DNA of 64,000 nucleotides from Thalassobaculaceae bacterium (GTDB lineage: Bacteria; Pseudomonadota; Alphaproteobacteria; Thalassobaculales; Thalassobaculaceae), in the NCBI GenBank assembly GCA_965228875.1, contig OZ245843.1:3764616-3828615 (forward strand), in the 5' to 3' direction. The notes under the pieces are model-generated. The model had not been told where the DNA came from, searched no databases, and saw only the letters and a program-made list of their open reading frames with translations. The position numbers were made by a program, and so were the translations under genes. Position 1 is the first letter of the stretch. Every line of letters begins with the position of its first letter. This document shows, piece after piece, positions 52,138 through 64,000 of this stretch.

Positions 52138-52887
52138 CTAGGAAACCGCGGCGAGCTGCAGGGCGGCCAACTCTTCGGTGCCCTTGCGGGCGAGCCGAAG
52201 CAGCTCGAGCAGAGCGCTCTCCTCGAACGGGTCGCCTTCGGCGGTCGCCTGAACCTCGACCAGGCCGCCCGACGCGGTCAGCACGAAATTGGCGTCGGCG
52301 TCGCAGTCGCTGTCCTCGGCGTAGTCGAGATCGAGCACCGGCACGCCCCGATAGATGCCGCAGGAGATCGCGGCCACCCGGTCGGTCAGCGGGTCGCTCT
52401 TTACGGCCCCGAAACGCTTGAGCGTCGCCATCGCCTGGTGCAAGGCGACCCAGGATCCGGTGATCGCCGCCGTCCGGGTCCCGCCATCGGCCTGGAGGAC
52501 GTCGCAGTCGACGCGGACCTGACGTTCGCCGAGCGCCGACAGATCGGTGACAGCCCGCAGCGAGCGGCCGATCAGGCGCTGGATCTCCTGGGTGCGGCCG
52601 GACTGCTTGCCACGCGCCGCCTCGCGGTCGGTGCGGGTGTGGGTCGAGCGCGGCAGCATGCCGTATTCGGCGGTCACCCAACCCTTGCCGCCGCCCTTCA
52701 GCCACGGCGGCACCCGCTCCTCGACGGTCGCGGTGCACAGCACGTGGGTGTCGCCGAACCGGACCAGGCACGATCCCTCGGCGTGCTTGGCGAAACCGGG
52801 TTCCAGGACGACCTCGCGAAGGGCGTCGGTGGCACGGCCGGACGGGCGGCCGGAGGTCGAGACGCCGGGAGAAACGGCGGTTGCCAT
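52138..52887 (-). CDS. rph: Ribonuclease PH
   Basis: [27 protein letters not shown]. Confidence 0.96.
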   Translation of the reverse strand: MATAVSPGVSTSGRPSGRATDALREVVLEPGFAKHAEGSCLVRFGDTHVLCTATVEERVPPWLKGGGKGWVTAEYGMLPRSTHTRTDREAARGKQSGRTQEIQRLIGRSLRAVTDLSALGERQVRVDCDVLQADGGTRTAAITGSWVALHQAMATLKRFGAVKSDPLTDRVAAISCGIYRGVPVLDLDYAEDSDCDADANFVLTASGGLVEVQATAEGDPFEESALLELLRLARKGTEELAALQLAAVS

Positions 52888-53101
52888 GGAGAGGCCTTTC
52901 ATTGGTCGCGGATAGCGGTGATGCCGGCGGAAGCTAGCGATCCGGGCCGCGAGCGTCCAGCCTTCGGTGCCGGGTTCTGCCGGGCGGAGCCGGAGGCGTC
53001 GCAGTCGAGGTGTCGCAGTCACCTCGTTGACCGGCTCCCCGGGGCTCCCTAGATTTCGCCCTATCATGGTCCATATGCAGCGCGATCCCCTCGACGGTCC
53101 G

Positions 53102-54151
53102 ATGGCGACCACCACCCTGGCGCAGCTCAGCGAGCGTTCGCGTCGGATCTTCATGCACGTGGTCGACGCGTATGTGGAGACCGGCGAGCCGGTGGGCTCG
53201 CGCACCCTGTCGCGCAAGCAGGGTCTGGTGCTGTCGCCGGCAACGATCCGCAACGTCATGGCGGATCTGGAGGAGGCCGGCCTGCTGTTCTCGCCGCATA
53301 CCTCCGCCGGTCGTCTGCCGACCGATGCCGGGCTCAGGATGTTCGTCGACGGCCTGCTGGAGGTCGGGGGCGACCTCGGTCCGGCCGAGCGCGAAAGCAT
53401 CGACGGCCAGTGCGCCGCCGCGGGGCGCAGTGTGGCGGAAATGCTGGAGGAGGCGTCCTCGGCTCTGGCCGGCCTGACGCGTTGCGCCGGCCTGGTGGTG
53501 TCGCCGAAGAACGAGGGGTCGCTGCGCCATATCGAGTTCGTCCCGCTCGGCAATCAGCGTGCCCTCGTGGTCCTGGTCAGCGAGACCGGGCTGGTGGAGA
53601 ACCGGGTCGTGGAGCTTCCGGCGGGGCTCCCCCCCTCGGCGCTGGTCGAGGCGACCAACTATCTCAACACCCGCCTGGGCGGCCGCACCCTGGGCGAGGC
53701 GATGGCCGAGATCGAGCAGGAGATCGTGCACCGCAAGGCCGAGCTGGACGAGTTGACCACCCGGGTCGTGCAGGCCGGGCTCGCGACCTGGGGCGGCGGG
53801 CCGGGCGCCTCGACCCTGATCCTGCGCGGCCAGGCCGCCCTGCTGGACGACGTCACCGCGCTCGAGGATCTGGAGCGCATCCGCGGGCTGTTCGTGCAGC
53901 TCGAGGAGAAGGAGAGCACCCTGCGGCTGCTGGACGCCACCGGCGCGGCGGACGGGGTGCAGATCTTCATCGGCGCCGAGAACCAGCTGTTCCGCAACAC
54001 CGGCTGCTCGATGATCATCGCGCCGTATCACGACAGCAAACGCTCGGTCGTCGGCGCCATCGGCGTGATCGGTCCGACCCGGATGAACTACGCCCGGATC
54101 ATCCCGATGGTCGACTACACCGCCAAGCTGATCAGCCGGCTTCTCGGCTAG
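53102..54151 (+). CDS. hrcA: Heat-inducible transcription repressor
   Basis: [40 protein letters not shown]. Confidence 0.96.
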   Translation: MATTTLAQLSERSRRIFMHVVDAYVETGEPVGSRTLSRKQGLVLSPATIRNVMADLEEAGLLFSPHTSAGRLPTDAGLRMFVDGLLEVGGDLGPAERESIDGQCAAAGRSVAEMLEEASSALAGLTRCAGLVVSPKNEGSLRHIEFVPLGNQRALVVLVSETGLVENRVVELPAGLPPSALVEATNYLNTRLGGRTLGEAMAEIEQEIVHRKAELDELTTRVVQAGLATWGGGPGASTLILRGQAALLDDVTALEDLERIRGLFVQLEEKESTLRLLDATGAADGVQIFIGAENQLFRNTGCSMIIAPYHDSKRSVVGAIGVIGPTRMNYARIIPMVDYTAKLISRLLG

Positions 54152-54263
54152 CAACCGCCGCCGGCCGCGCGTTTGTGGTTTGCAACGCGCGGCTCGCGTC
54201 CTACATAGCGGGCGAACCGCGAATGACCGATCTCTCGAAACCGCAGGACCACGAGTAGCGACC

Positions 54264-54932
54264 ATGGCGAACGACCAGAACAAGCCCGCCGGCCCGCAAC
54301 CCGTCAACGACCCGGCCGCGCCGGACGCCGCGCATGATCCGGCGGCCGAGGCCTCGTTGGCCGAGAGCCTGGGCCTGTCCACCGACGGAACGATCGATAC
54401 CGGCGGTGGGGGCTCGGACGCCCGCGACGTGCGCATCGCCGAGCTCGAGGAGCAGGTCGCCCAGCTCAAGGATCAGGCTCTGCGGGCGCTGGCCGATTCC
54501 GAGAACCTGCGCCGGCGCACCGACCGCGAGAAGGAGCAGTGGCGGAAATACGCTTCCGCCGACCTGGCGAAGGATCTGTTCAACGCGGTCGACAACCTGC
54601 GCCGGGCCCTGGATGCGGCGCCGGCCGAGCGCGACGGTCTGGACGACACGGTCAAGAACCTGATCGTCGGCGTCGAGATGACCGAGAAGGACGTGCTCAC
54701 CGCCTTCGAGAAGAACCACATCAAGCGCATCGATCCGATGGGCGAGAAGTTCGACTACAACCTGCACCAGGCCATGTTCGAGGTCGAGGACGCGAGCAAG
54801 GCGCCGGGTACGGTTGTCCAGGTTCTGGCACCGGGCTACGTGCTGCACGACCGCCTGCTGCGCGCCGCGATGGTCGGTGTCGCCAAGGGCGGCAAGCCCG
54901 ACGATCACGAACGGGTCGACACCACCGCCTGA
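54264..54932 (+). CDS. grpE: Nucleotide exchange factor GrpE
   Basis: LRALADSENLRRR, FDYNLHQAM, GYVLHDRLLRAAMV. Confidence 0.96.
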   Translation: MANDQNKPAGPQPVNDPAAPDAAHDPAAEASLAESLGLSTDGTIDTGGGGSDARDVRIAELEEQVAQLKDQALRALADSENLRRRTDREKEQWRKYASADLAKDLFNAVDNLRRALDAAPAERDGLDDTVKNLIVGVEMTEKDVLTAFEKNHIKRIDPMGEKFDYNLHQAMFEVEDASKAPGTVVQVLAPGYVLHDRLLRAAMVGVAKGGKPDDHERVDTTA

Positions 54933-55807
54933 CGCGGCCCGGCCGGCGATCCGAGGCGGTCCGCCGACGGATCGTGGCCCGCATGGGCCCGCTTCGCGGT
55001 GTCCGGTTTCGCGACCGCGTAGCAGTACACGCATCCATGCGGGCAGGTGTCGTAGGCGCCGATGTCACGCGATTCCGCGCACAGGCAGCCGGGCCGGTTG
55101 CCTTTCACCTTAGCGCCGATCTGTCGCCCGGCGACATCGGACAGGCGGGTGGCGTCGATGCAGGCCGCGGGTTCGATCACGGCGCTCGCCAGCGCCGGCT
55201 GGGCGCACAGGGTCGGCCGGAGCCCAGCGTTCCGGGCGATGCCGGCGAGGTCCCCGAGCAGCGCCCGCTTCTCCTCGTCCTCCGGGTCGCGCCACGCGAT
55301 CCCGGCGCGCTCCAGGTTGAGGCGGGTCTTGCGGTAGATCGTCGCGAAGGACAGCACAACCTCGTCCACCGACCCGGACAGGGCCGTGGCAAGCCGGGTC
55401 ATGGTGGCGCGGTGCCAGTCCGCGTCGGTCGCCGGCGTCAGCAGCACCGGGTCGTAGCGCCACACCACCGACCGTTTGCCGAACCGGCGCGCCAGGTCGA
55501 CGATCTGCGCCGCCGCCCGGTCGGCATCGACCACCGAGCGCTCGAGAAGGCGCGGGTAGCCGGTGACCGTCATCTGCACCACGAACGGCCGGCCGGCGGC
55601 CGCGAGGGCATCCAGCGTGTCCAGGAACGGCGCCGCGTTCCGGGTCCAGAACACGAAACCCTCGGCGCTTTCGGGATCGAGGCGCACGGTGAAGTCGCGG
55701 CCGCCCCACGGGTTGCGCACCACGGCGTGGCCCGCGGCCAGGCGTCGGCGGAACCAGTCTCCGTAGAATGCCGGAATGTCGGTCTTGTAGCTGGCCGAGA
55801 CGATCAT
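54905..55807 (-). CDS. DUF1848 family protein
   Basis: MIVSASYKTDIPAFY, VFWTRN, WRYDP, CLCAESRDIGAYDTCPHGCVYCYA. Confidence 0.88.
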   Translation of the reverse strand: MIVSASYKTDIPAFYGDWFRRRLAAGHAVVRNPWGGRDFTVRLDPESAEGFVFWTRNAAPFLDTLDALAAAGRPFVVQMTVTGYPRLLERSVVDADRAAAQIVDLARRFGKRSVVWRYDPVLLTPATDADWHRATMTRLATALSGSVDEVVLSFATIYRKTRLNLERAGIAWRDPEDEEKRALLGDLAGIARNAGLRPTLCAQPALASAVIEPAACIDATRLSDVAGRQIGAKVKGNRPGCLCAESRDIGAYDTCPHGCVYCYAVAKPDTAKRAHAGHDPSADRLGSPAGPRQAVVSTRS

Positions 55808-55848
55808 GGTAAACGCCACCGTGGCGCCAGAATCCGCGTTCGGCAATG

Positions 55849-55876
55849 CTTGCGTCGACCGAAGCCCCGCCTATAT
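55849..55876 (+). promoter_or_regulatory. Putative RpoH promoter of dnaK
   Basis: CTTG-N17-CCTATAT, resembling the alphaproteobacterial sigma32 consensus. Confidence 0.65.
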
Positions 55877-55965
55877 ACGAACCAATCCAGATTCATCACC
55901 CCCGTCTCGGGGGCGTCAGCGGTGCCTTCGGGGCCGCCCGCGCCTGCCAATGAAGAGAGGATCGA

Positions 55966-57900
<1,935 letters not shown>

Positions 57901-58025
57901 CCGGTTCCCGGCAGACCCGCGTGACCCGGCGCAATCCCTCAGCGGATCGGCGCCGGGCTATGCGGCCGAGCCGGATCCGGTCATTCTTTGGACACTTGCG
58001 GCGACACTGGGGGCGGTGACCAGCG

Positions 58026-59162
58026 ATGGCGAAGCGCGACTACTACGAGGTGCTGGGCGTTGACCGCGGCGCCGACAAGGACACCCTGAAAAAGGCCTAT
58101 CGCAAGCTTGCGATGCAGTTCCACCCGGACCGCAATCCGGGCGACGAGGAGGCCGAGCGCAAGTTCAAGGAACTGAACGAGGCCTACGACGTCCTCAAGG
58201 ACGACGAGAAGAAGGCCGCCTACGATCGTTTCGGTCACGCAGCGTTCGAGGGCGGCGGGCCGCGCCCGGGCGGCGCGGGTTTCGAGGGCTTCTCCGGCGG
58301 CTTCGCCGATATCTTCGAGGAGATGTTCGGCGAGTTCATGGGCGGTGGCGGCCGACGCGGCACCAGCCCGGGCCGGGGCTCCGACCTCCGTTACAACATG
58401 ACGGTGAGCCTGGAGGACGCGTTCAACGGCAAGCAGGCCGAGATCCGCGTCCCCACCTCGGTGAACTGCGACGTGTGCGACGGCACCGGGGCCGAGAAGG
58501 GCTCCAAGCCGGTCACCTGTCCGACCTGCGGCGGTCGCGGAAAGACCCGCACCCAGCAGGGGTTCTTCACGATCGAGCGGACCTGCGCCGCCTGTGGCGG
58601 CGTCGGTCAGGTGATCGAGAACCCGTGCAAGACGTGCAGCGGCTCCGGGCGGCTGCACAAGGAGAAGACCCTGTCGGTCAACATTCCGGCCGGGATCGAG
58701 GACGGGACCCGCATCCGCCTGCAGGGCGAGGGCGAGGCCGGCATGCGCGGCGCGCCGGCCGGCGACCTGTATCTGTTCCTGAACATTCAGCCGCACCCGA
58801 TCTTCCAGCGCGAGGGTGCCGACATCTACTGTCGGGTGCCGCTGGAGATGGTCACCGCCTCGCTCGGCGGATCGATCGAGGTCCCGACGATCGAGGGCGG
58901 GCGCGCCAAGGTCGCGGTTCCCTCCGGAACGCAGAGCGGCCGTCAGTTCCGCCTGCGCGGGAAGGGCATGTCGGTGTTGCGGTCGCCGTCACGCGGCGAC
59001 ATGTATGTGGAGGTCGCCGTCGAGACCCCGGTGAACCTGACGGACCGCCAGCGCGAGCTGCTGGAAGAGTTCCAGAAGGCCAGCGGCGTCGAGAAGACGA
59101 GCCCGCAGAGCCACGGCTTCTTCGACAAGGTCAAGGAGCTGTGGGAGGACCTGCGGGACTGA
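58026..59162 (+). CDS. dnaJ: Chaperone DnaJ
   Basis: J domain HPD, G/F region, four CxxCxGxG repeats. Confidence 0.98.
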   Translation: MAKRDYYEVLGVDRGADKDTLKKAYRKLAMQFHPDRNPGDEEAERKFKELNEAYDVLKDDEKKAAYDRFGHAAFEGGGPRPGGAGFEGFSGGFADIFEEMFGEFMGGGGRRGTSPGRGSDLRYNMTVSLEDAFNGKQAEIRVPTSVNCDVCDGTGAEKGSKPVTCPTCGGRGKTRTQQGFFTIERTCAACGGVGQVIENPCKTCSGSGRLHKEKTLSVNIPAGIEDGTRIRLQGEGEAGMRGAPAGDLYLFLNIQPHPIFQREGADIYCRVPLEMVTASLGGSIEVPTIEGGRAKVAVPSGTQSGRQFRLRGKGMSVLRSPSRGDMYVEVAVETPVNLTDRQRELLEEFQKASGVEKTSPQSHGFFDKVKELWEDLRD

Positions 59163-59223
59163 CCGTCGGATCTGGTACTACTTCGTGGATTTTCAGATAG
59201 TTGAGCAGGTAGTGCTTTCAGGT

Positions 59224-59751
59224 TCAGCCTGACCGTTCCCGCTCGATCGACGTCAGCATGGCGCGGCCCTCACGCTCGAGGAAGGCGATGGCCGCGCTGT
59301 TCATCGCCAACGAATAGCGCACGGTGAAGCGCTGCCCCTCCGTCAGGTCGGCGTTCGGCAGGCCGCGCAACCGGCGCTGTTCCTGCCGGAGTCCTGCAAG
59401 CCTCTCGTCCACCACGCGGTGAACATCGTCCATTTCCAGCAGATGGGCGAAGAACATGGCCGACATGAACGGCGAGCGGAGGATCTCCTCGCCGGTGGCC
59501 GCGGAGACCGCCTCGGCGAGGGCGGCCCGGCCGGTATCCGTGATGCGGTACACCCGCTTCTCGAGGGCGAGGTCGGATCCGGCGATCACGGCCACGTCGC
59601 CCCTGGCGACAGCCTTTGCCAGGGCGGGATAGATCGCGCCGATGCTGGCATGGGCGAAGTGACCGAACCAGTCCTCGACCGCCTTGCGGATGCCGTAGCC
59701 GGTGGTGTCGCCAAAGCTCAGAACCCCGAGGCACAGTGTGCGAACGTCCAC
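59224..59751 (-). CDS. PadR-family transcriptional regulator
   Basis: TGYGIRK, ASIGAIYPAL, KRVYRITDTGR. Confidence 0.85.
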   Translation of the reverse strand: MDVRTLCLGVLSFGDTTGYGIRKAVEDWFGHFAHASIGAIYPALAKAVARGDVAVIAGSDLALEKRVYRITDTGRAALAEAVSAATGEEILRSPFMSAMFFAHLLEMDDVHRVVDERLAGLRQEQRRLRGLPNADLTEGQRFTVRYSLAMNSAAIAFLEREGRAMLTSIERERSG

Positions 59752-59902
59752 GGCATGCTCCGTCTCAATTCGTTATATCGAACTGAATTATATCCTATTA
59801 TAAAAGGATTACGATTTCCATGACGCATCACCATAGCGGTTTCGCTAGGATGTGGGATCGCACGGCCGCACCTGGGGGCGGTGTCTCGGCGGGAGAGAAC
59901 GG

Positions 59903-60709
59903 ATGACATTGGCAGTGGGCGTGTTCGGCAGCACCGGGCGCATGGGGCGGATGGTCACGCGAGCGGTGACCGAGGCGGACGGAATGGCGGTCGCGGCGGG
60001 GGCAGACCGCCCCGGTAGTGCCGACCTGGGCGCCGATTTGGGCGTCCTCGCCGGTGTCGGCACCCTGGACGTGGCGGTGACCGACGACATCGATGCCGTT
60101 CTCGGCGGCGATGTGGCCATCGACTTCACGCTGCCGGAGGCCACGCTGAGGCATGCAGAACGGGCGGCGGCGCTCGGCACGCCGCTGGTCATCGGCACCA
60201 CCGGCCTCTCGTCCGATCAGGAGGCCGTACTGGCGGAGCATGCCCGCTCGACGGCGATCGTCTACGCCCCGAACATGAGCCTCGGGGTCAATCTGCTGCT
60301 GGCGGTGGTCGAGCAGGTCGCGGCGGCGCTCGACGACGCCTGGGACGTCGAGGTGGTGGAGATGCATCACAACAGGAAGGTCGACGCCCCGTCGGGGACG
60401 GCGCTCGGTCTCGGCCGGGCGACGGCCAAGGGGCGGGGGCGGAGCTTCGACGACGTCGCGGTGCTGTCGCGCGAAGGCCATACGGGCCCCCGCGAGCGCG
60501 GGCAGATCGGGTTCGCGACCCTGCGCGGCGGCGACGTCATCGGCGATCATACGGTGATCTTCGCCGGCGCCGGCGAGCGGGTCGAGATCGGCCATCGGGC
60601 AAGCGGGCGCGAAGTGTTCGCCGCCGGCGCCGTCCGCGCGACGCGATGGGTCGCCGGGCGCGGGCCGGGCCTCTATTCGATGCGGGACGTGCTGGGCATC
60701 GGCGCCTGA
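59903..60709 (+). CDS. dapB: 4-hydroxy-tetrahydrodipicolinate reductase
   Basis: GSTGRMG, IDFT, EMHHNRKVDAPSGTA. Confidence 0.96.
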   Translation: MTLAVGVFGSTGRMGRMVTRAVTEADGMAVAAGADRPGSADLGADLGVLAGVGTLDVAVTDDIDAVLGGDVAIDFTLPEATLRHAERAAALGTPLVIGTTGLSSDQEAVLAEHARSTAIVYAPNMSLGVNLLLAVVEQVAAALDDAWDVEVVEMHHNRKVDAPSGTALGLGRATAKGRGRSFDDVAVLSREGHTGPRERGQIGFATLRGGDVIGDHTVIFAGAGERVEIGHRASGREVFAAGAVRATRWVAGRGPGLYSMRDVLGIGA

Positions 60710-60780
60710 AGGCGACCCCGAGTGAAGGCACCCCGAGTGAAGGCGACCCCCGGCGAAGGCGACTCCGGACGAAGCGATCC
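60707..60780. repeat. Degenerate 15-16-bp tandem repeat (about 5 units)
   Basis: TGAAGGCGACCCCGAG-like unit starting at the dapB stop. Confidence 0.8.
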
Positions 60781-60803
60781 CGTCGATCTGAACTGATCGC
60801 GCT

Positions 60804-61325
60804 CTATGGCAGGGCCGGCATTGCCGCCCGCCGCAACCCGTCGCGCAGGACATCCGCAAGGCCCTGCTTCTCGTCCGGTCCGAGAAAGGCGCCGACCTCG
60901 AGGCCCTTGCCTCGGGACCGCAGGGTCAGCCGGCTGCCGAGCGGCGGCCGGTCCTCCAGATGCACCGCCAGCCAGGTCGGCGGCAGCACATAGCGCTTGG
61001 CCCGCCCGGTGTGATCGACCTTGACGACCTCGAGCGCTGCGGCGGTGAGCCGGATGGTCTCGTACGCCCGGGCGGCGCGAAAATTCAGTCGGAAAGCGAT
61101 GTAGACCAGGGCGACGTCGAGGCCGAAGAAGCCGAGGATCGGCCAGGCGCCCGACAGGAAGAAGGCCATGCCGATGACGAAGGACAGGCTGGCCACGGCG
61201 CTCATCAGAATGACGAATCCGGTCGGCGACAGCGACCGGTGCGGGTAGAGCACCAGTTCCAGCACGGTCGGATCATCCGATGCGGAGTCCGTTTCCGATG
61301 CGTGAGCGTGCGGCCGTTCATCCAT
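60804..61325 (-). CDS. DUF2244 family membrane protein
   Basis: PHRSLSPTGF, GAWPILGFFGLDV, EVGAFL. Confidence 0.85.
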   Translation of the reverse strand: MDERPHAHASETDSASDDPTVLELVLYPHRSLSPTGFVILMSAVASLSFVIGMAFFLSGAWPILGFFGLDVALVYIAFRLNFRAARAYETIRLTAAALEVVKVDHTGRAKRYVLPPTWLAVHLEDRPPLGSRLTLRSRGKGLEVGAFLGPDEKQGLADVLRDGLRRAAMPALP

Positions 61326-61420
61326 GACGACAGATATCGTCGCCCCCCGGTGGGAGGTCAATCGCCGGGAAGCGGCTCGGGGCGCATTGCGGCCACCTGT
61401 CGCGGCGGCTAAACAGGGTC

Positions 61421-62071
61421 ATGGCCCGCCCGATGACCAAAGCGCAGATCGAGACGTTCTTCGCCACCCTCCAGGCGGCGAACCCCGAGCCCCAGGGGGA
61501 ACTGGACTGGATCAATCCGTTCACCCTCCTGGTGGCCGTCGTCCTGTCGGCCCAGGCGACCGATGTCGGCGTCAACAAGGCGACCCGGAACCTGTTTCCC
61601 ATCGCCGATACGCCGGAGAAGATGCTGGCCCTGGGCGAGGAGGGCGTGCGGCAGCACATCAAGACGATCGGTCTGTTCAACGCCAAGGCCAAGAACGTGA
61701 TCGCGCTGTGCCGGCAGCTGATCGAGCGTCACGGCAGCGAGGTGCCGCGCGACCGCGAGGCGCTGGAGGCGCTTCCCGGGGTCGGGCGCAAGACCGCGAA
61801 CGTGGTGCTGAACATCGCTTTCGGCGACCCGACCATCGCGGTCGACACCCATCTCTTCCGGGTCGCCAACCGCACTGGACTGGCCGCCGGCAAGACGCCA
61901 TTGGCGGTGGAGAAGGCGCTGCTCAAGAAGGTGCCGCCGGCCTACCTGCGGCATGCCCATCACTGGCTGATTCTGCACGGCCGCTACATCTGCAAGGCGC
62001 GGCGCCCGCGCTGTCCGGACTGCGCGGTCCGGGAAGTGTGCAATTTCAAGGAGAAGACGCCGGCCCCATAG
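61421..62071 (+). CDS. nth: Endonuclease III
   Basis: LSAQATD, HhH LPGVGRKTAN, C-x6-C-x2-C-x5-C cluster. Confidence 0.97.
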   Translation: MARPMTKAQIETFFATLQAANPEPQGELDWINPFTLLVAVVLSAQATDVGVNKATRNLFPIADTPEKMLALGEEGVRQHIKTIGLFNAKAKNVIALCRQLIERHGSEVPRDREALEALPGVGRKTANVVLNIAFGDPTIAVDTHLFRVANRTGLAAGKTPLAVEKALLKKVPPAYLRHAHHWLILHGRYICKARRPRCPDCAVREVCNFKEKTPAP

Positions 62072-62116
62072 AGCAGACCACGATCGAGTCTGAAGCGATC
62101 GCGCTCTTGCGGGCCG

Positions 62117-62596
62117 TCAGCTCTCGGCCTGCTGCGACCGGGCGATCCAGAGGTCCTCCAGGCACGCCTGCATCTCGACGGTGCCCGGCGCGTGAACCCC
62201 TCGCGCTTCCACGTGCAGCAGCGACAGTCCCGCGTCCGAGCGGTACCAGAACAGATCCATCACGCAGCCCTGCACGGAGTACTGCCAGATGATCGCGCCG
62301 CTGTCCTGACGCACGAACCCCGGCGCGCCGAGCAGTCCCTCCACCGCGGTCGGGTCGAGCGCGCGCAGGGCCATGGTGTCGCGCAACGCGACCGGCCTGG
62401 GCCGCACCGGATTGCTGCGCGCCGTCGGATCGGGTTTCGCAACGGGCAGGGGGGCGACGCCGCGCATGGCCGGGGTCGCCGGGTCGTGCGGAGCGGCCGC
62501 GACGGATCCGGCGTCGGGAGTCGTTACACAGCCGGAAAGGGCCAGGCCGGCGACGAGGGCGAGGGCGGGCAGGCAACGACGGGTCACGCGGATCAT
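62117..62596 (-). CDS. Hypothetical lipoprotein
   Basis: Lipobox LSGC; LLGAPGFVR..IWQY..CVMDLF. Confidence 0.75.
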   Translation of the reverse strand: MIRVTRRCLPALALVAGLALSGCVTTPDAGSVAAAPHDPATPAMRGVAPLPVAKPDPTARSNPVRPRPVALRDTMALRALDPTAVEGLLGAPGFVRQDSGAIIWQYSVQGCVMDLFWYRSDAGLSLLHVEARGVHAPGTVEMQACLEDLWIARSQQAES

Positions 62597-62603
62597 CCGA
62601 GGG

Positions 62604-63302
62604 TCACTCTTCGGTCAGGGGGGCGATGTTGCCTTTGATCACGCCGCCGAGTTCGACTTCCAGGCGGTTGAAGCGGACCTTGCCTTCGAGCACGCCGGTG
62701 GACTTGATGGACAGGGTCCCGCGCACGCTCAACTCGCCCTCGAAGCGGCCGGCGATGATGGCCTCCTCGATCGTCACCTTGCCTTTGTACAGGCCGGTAT
62801 CGGTGACCTCGAGCGACTGACTGTGCTCCAGCGTGGCCTGAACCGTTCCCTCGACCACGAGCGAGTCGCAGGCGGTGATCTCGCCGGAGAGCGAGATGTC
62901 CCTGCCGACCAGCAGGCGCTTGCTCTCCTCGCTGTTCCTGCCTGGCGTTCGCCGTGCCGGCGCGCCGGGAATGTCGGCGGCCGAGCGTCGCGGAATCTCG
63001 GGAACGAACCCCTGTCCGGGGGAGCGCGGCGGAGTGGAAGCGGACATGGCCGAACCTTTCGAGTCGGAAGCGGCGGGCGACGTGACAGCAGGCGATGTGA
63101 CGGCGGGCGTGGCATCCGAGGGCGGCGTCGCGGGCGCTGGCGCCCCCGACATGCTGTCCGCGTGCTCCGACAGGCTGGTGATCGAGGCCGTTGCCGCGCC
63201 CGCCACGGTCTGCGGCGCGGCGTCGGCCTCCCCGGCGGCATCCCGTGCCGGCTCGACGTTTCCGTCTCGCGGCAGTTCGGATGCTCTACGGCGCCGGAAC
63301 AT
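62604..63302 (-). CDS. Bactofilin (polymer-forming cytoskeletal protein)
   Basis: Disordered N-terminus, then LLVGRDISLSGEITACDSLVVEGTV beta-helix. Confidence 0.9.
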   Translation of the reverse strand: MFRRRRASELPRDGNVEPARDAAGEADAAPQTVAGAATASITSLSEHADSMSGAPAPATPPSDATPAVTSPAVTSPAASDSKGSAMSASTPPRSPGQGFVPEIPRRSAADIPGAPARRTPGRNSEESKRLLVGRDISLSGEITACDSLVVEGTVQATLEHSQSLEVTDTGLYKGKVTIEEAIIAGRFEGELSVRGTLSIKSTGVLEGKVRFNRLEVELGGVIKGNIAPLTEE

Positions 63303-63352
63303 GGCTGATCTCCTTACTGAGCGCTATCGGCTAAGCAGTTGCCTCGTCGGTA

Positions 63353-64000
63353 TTATCGCGGAACGGTTCGGCGTCGCAACCGTTCATGTTCGTGGACCGC
63401 AAAAGCGGTTGCCACGACGGGAGTTGTGAGGTTCACCACAGGGATCGTCGATATCCCGGCGATCAGGATTCCGCCCAGGAACAACGATCCCCGATTCGCC
63501 TGACGGAAGGCCCGCAGGTCGTCGCGCGCCAGATAGCGCTGACCGACCATGTCGGCGTATTCCCGGCCGAGCAGGTACCCGTTCAGCCCCAGGAAGATCA
63601 TCAGGTTGAGCCCCGGCAGGAAGAGGTACAGGGGCAGGGCCAGGATGTTCAGGCCGATCGACAACAGGGCGAAGCGCAGTCCGTCGCCCAGAATCTCCGC
63701 GACCGGCACCGTGCGGGCCGGTGCGGCGCCGGGATAGTGGACCGCCTGCACCGCGTCGGCGACCCGGTCGGCAAAGAGGCCGCTGACCAGTTGTACGGAG
63801 CCCGGGAAGAAGATCAGAGCGAACACGGCGGTGCCGATGGCCCCGAGCCAGACGATCAGGTCGTCCAGCCAGCCGGTCCCGGTCTGCGCCAGGGCCGAGA
63901 GTACGAAGCCGACGGCGGCGGCGAGCGCGACGATCAGCAGCAGGCTTGCGACGACGGACAGGATCAGAACCGACCGCAGGCGCGGATCGCCGAGCTGGCC
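63353..64000 (-). CDS. EI24/CysZ-like membrane protein (5' end outside window)
   Basis: NGYLLGREY, IPVVNL..PVVATA; hydrophobic frame open to the window edge. Confidence 0.8.
   Translation of the reverse strand, partial: GQLGDPRLRSVLILSVVASLLLIVALAAAVGFVLSALAQTGTGWLDDLIVWLGAIGTAVFALIFFPGSVQLVSGLFADRVADAVQAVHYPGAAPARTVPVAEILGDGLRFALLSIGLNILALPLYLFLPGLNLMIFLGLNGYLLGREYADMVGQRYLARDDLRAFRQANRGSLFLGGILIAGISTIPVVNLTTPVVATAFAVHEHERLRRRTVPR

Overview
High-GC alphaproteobacterial chromosome segment. Gene content suggests Rhodospirillales; this is inference. It spans the replication origin region: the parB-parA-rsmG-mnmG-mnmE block with at least four parS palindromes, and a probable oriC between the PEP-synthase regulatory gene and hemE. 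It also carries hemE-hemJ-rho, leuS-lptE-holA, secB/dnaQ/coaE, hslVU, a his cluster, gshB, hemW-rdgB-rph, hrcA-grpE-dnaK-dnaJ, dapB and nth. The main accessory feature is a 3,594-bp IS1595-family element (40510-44103; ISNha5-like by its CGGnnTT ends and size) with perfect 27-bp terminal inverted repeats and an 8-bp target duplication (GAGTTCCC). It splits comM (YifB-type Mg-chelatase ATPase) directly after its Walker B motif. Besides the transposase it carries a divergent small HTH gene with a palindromic operator, a membrane protein, a coiled-coil/winged-helix protein beside the right end, and a Zn-ribbon NYN RNase behind a highly structured ~110-nt leader (candidate RNA-controlled toxin/defence module). 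Other points: gene order implies a ~10-kb inversion containing oriC; there is a tandem pair of Fe(II)/2OG-like dioxygenases, a JmjC-sulfotransferase pair, a low-GC orphan gene pair after comM, a long acidic ParB tail, and several unrelated ~15-bp intergenic tandem repeats. All product calls come from motif recognition and synteny, not database searches.
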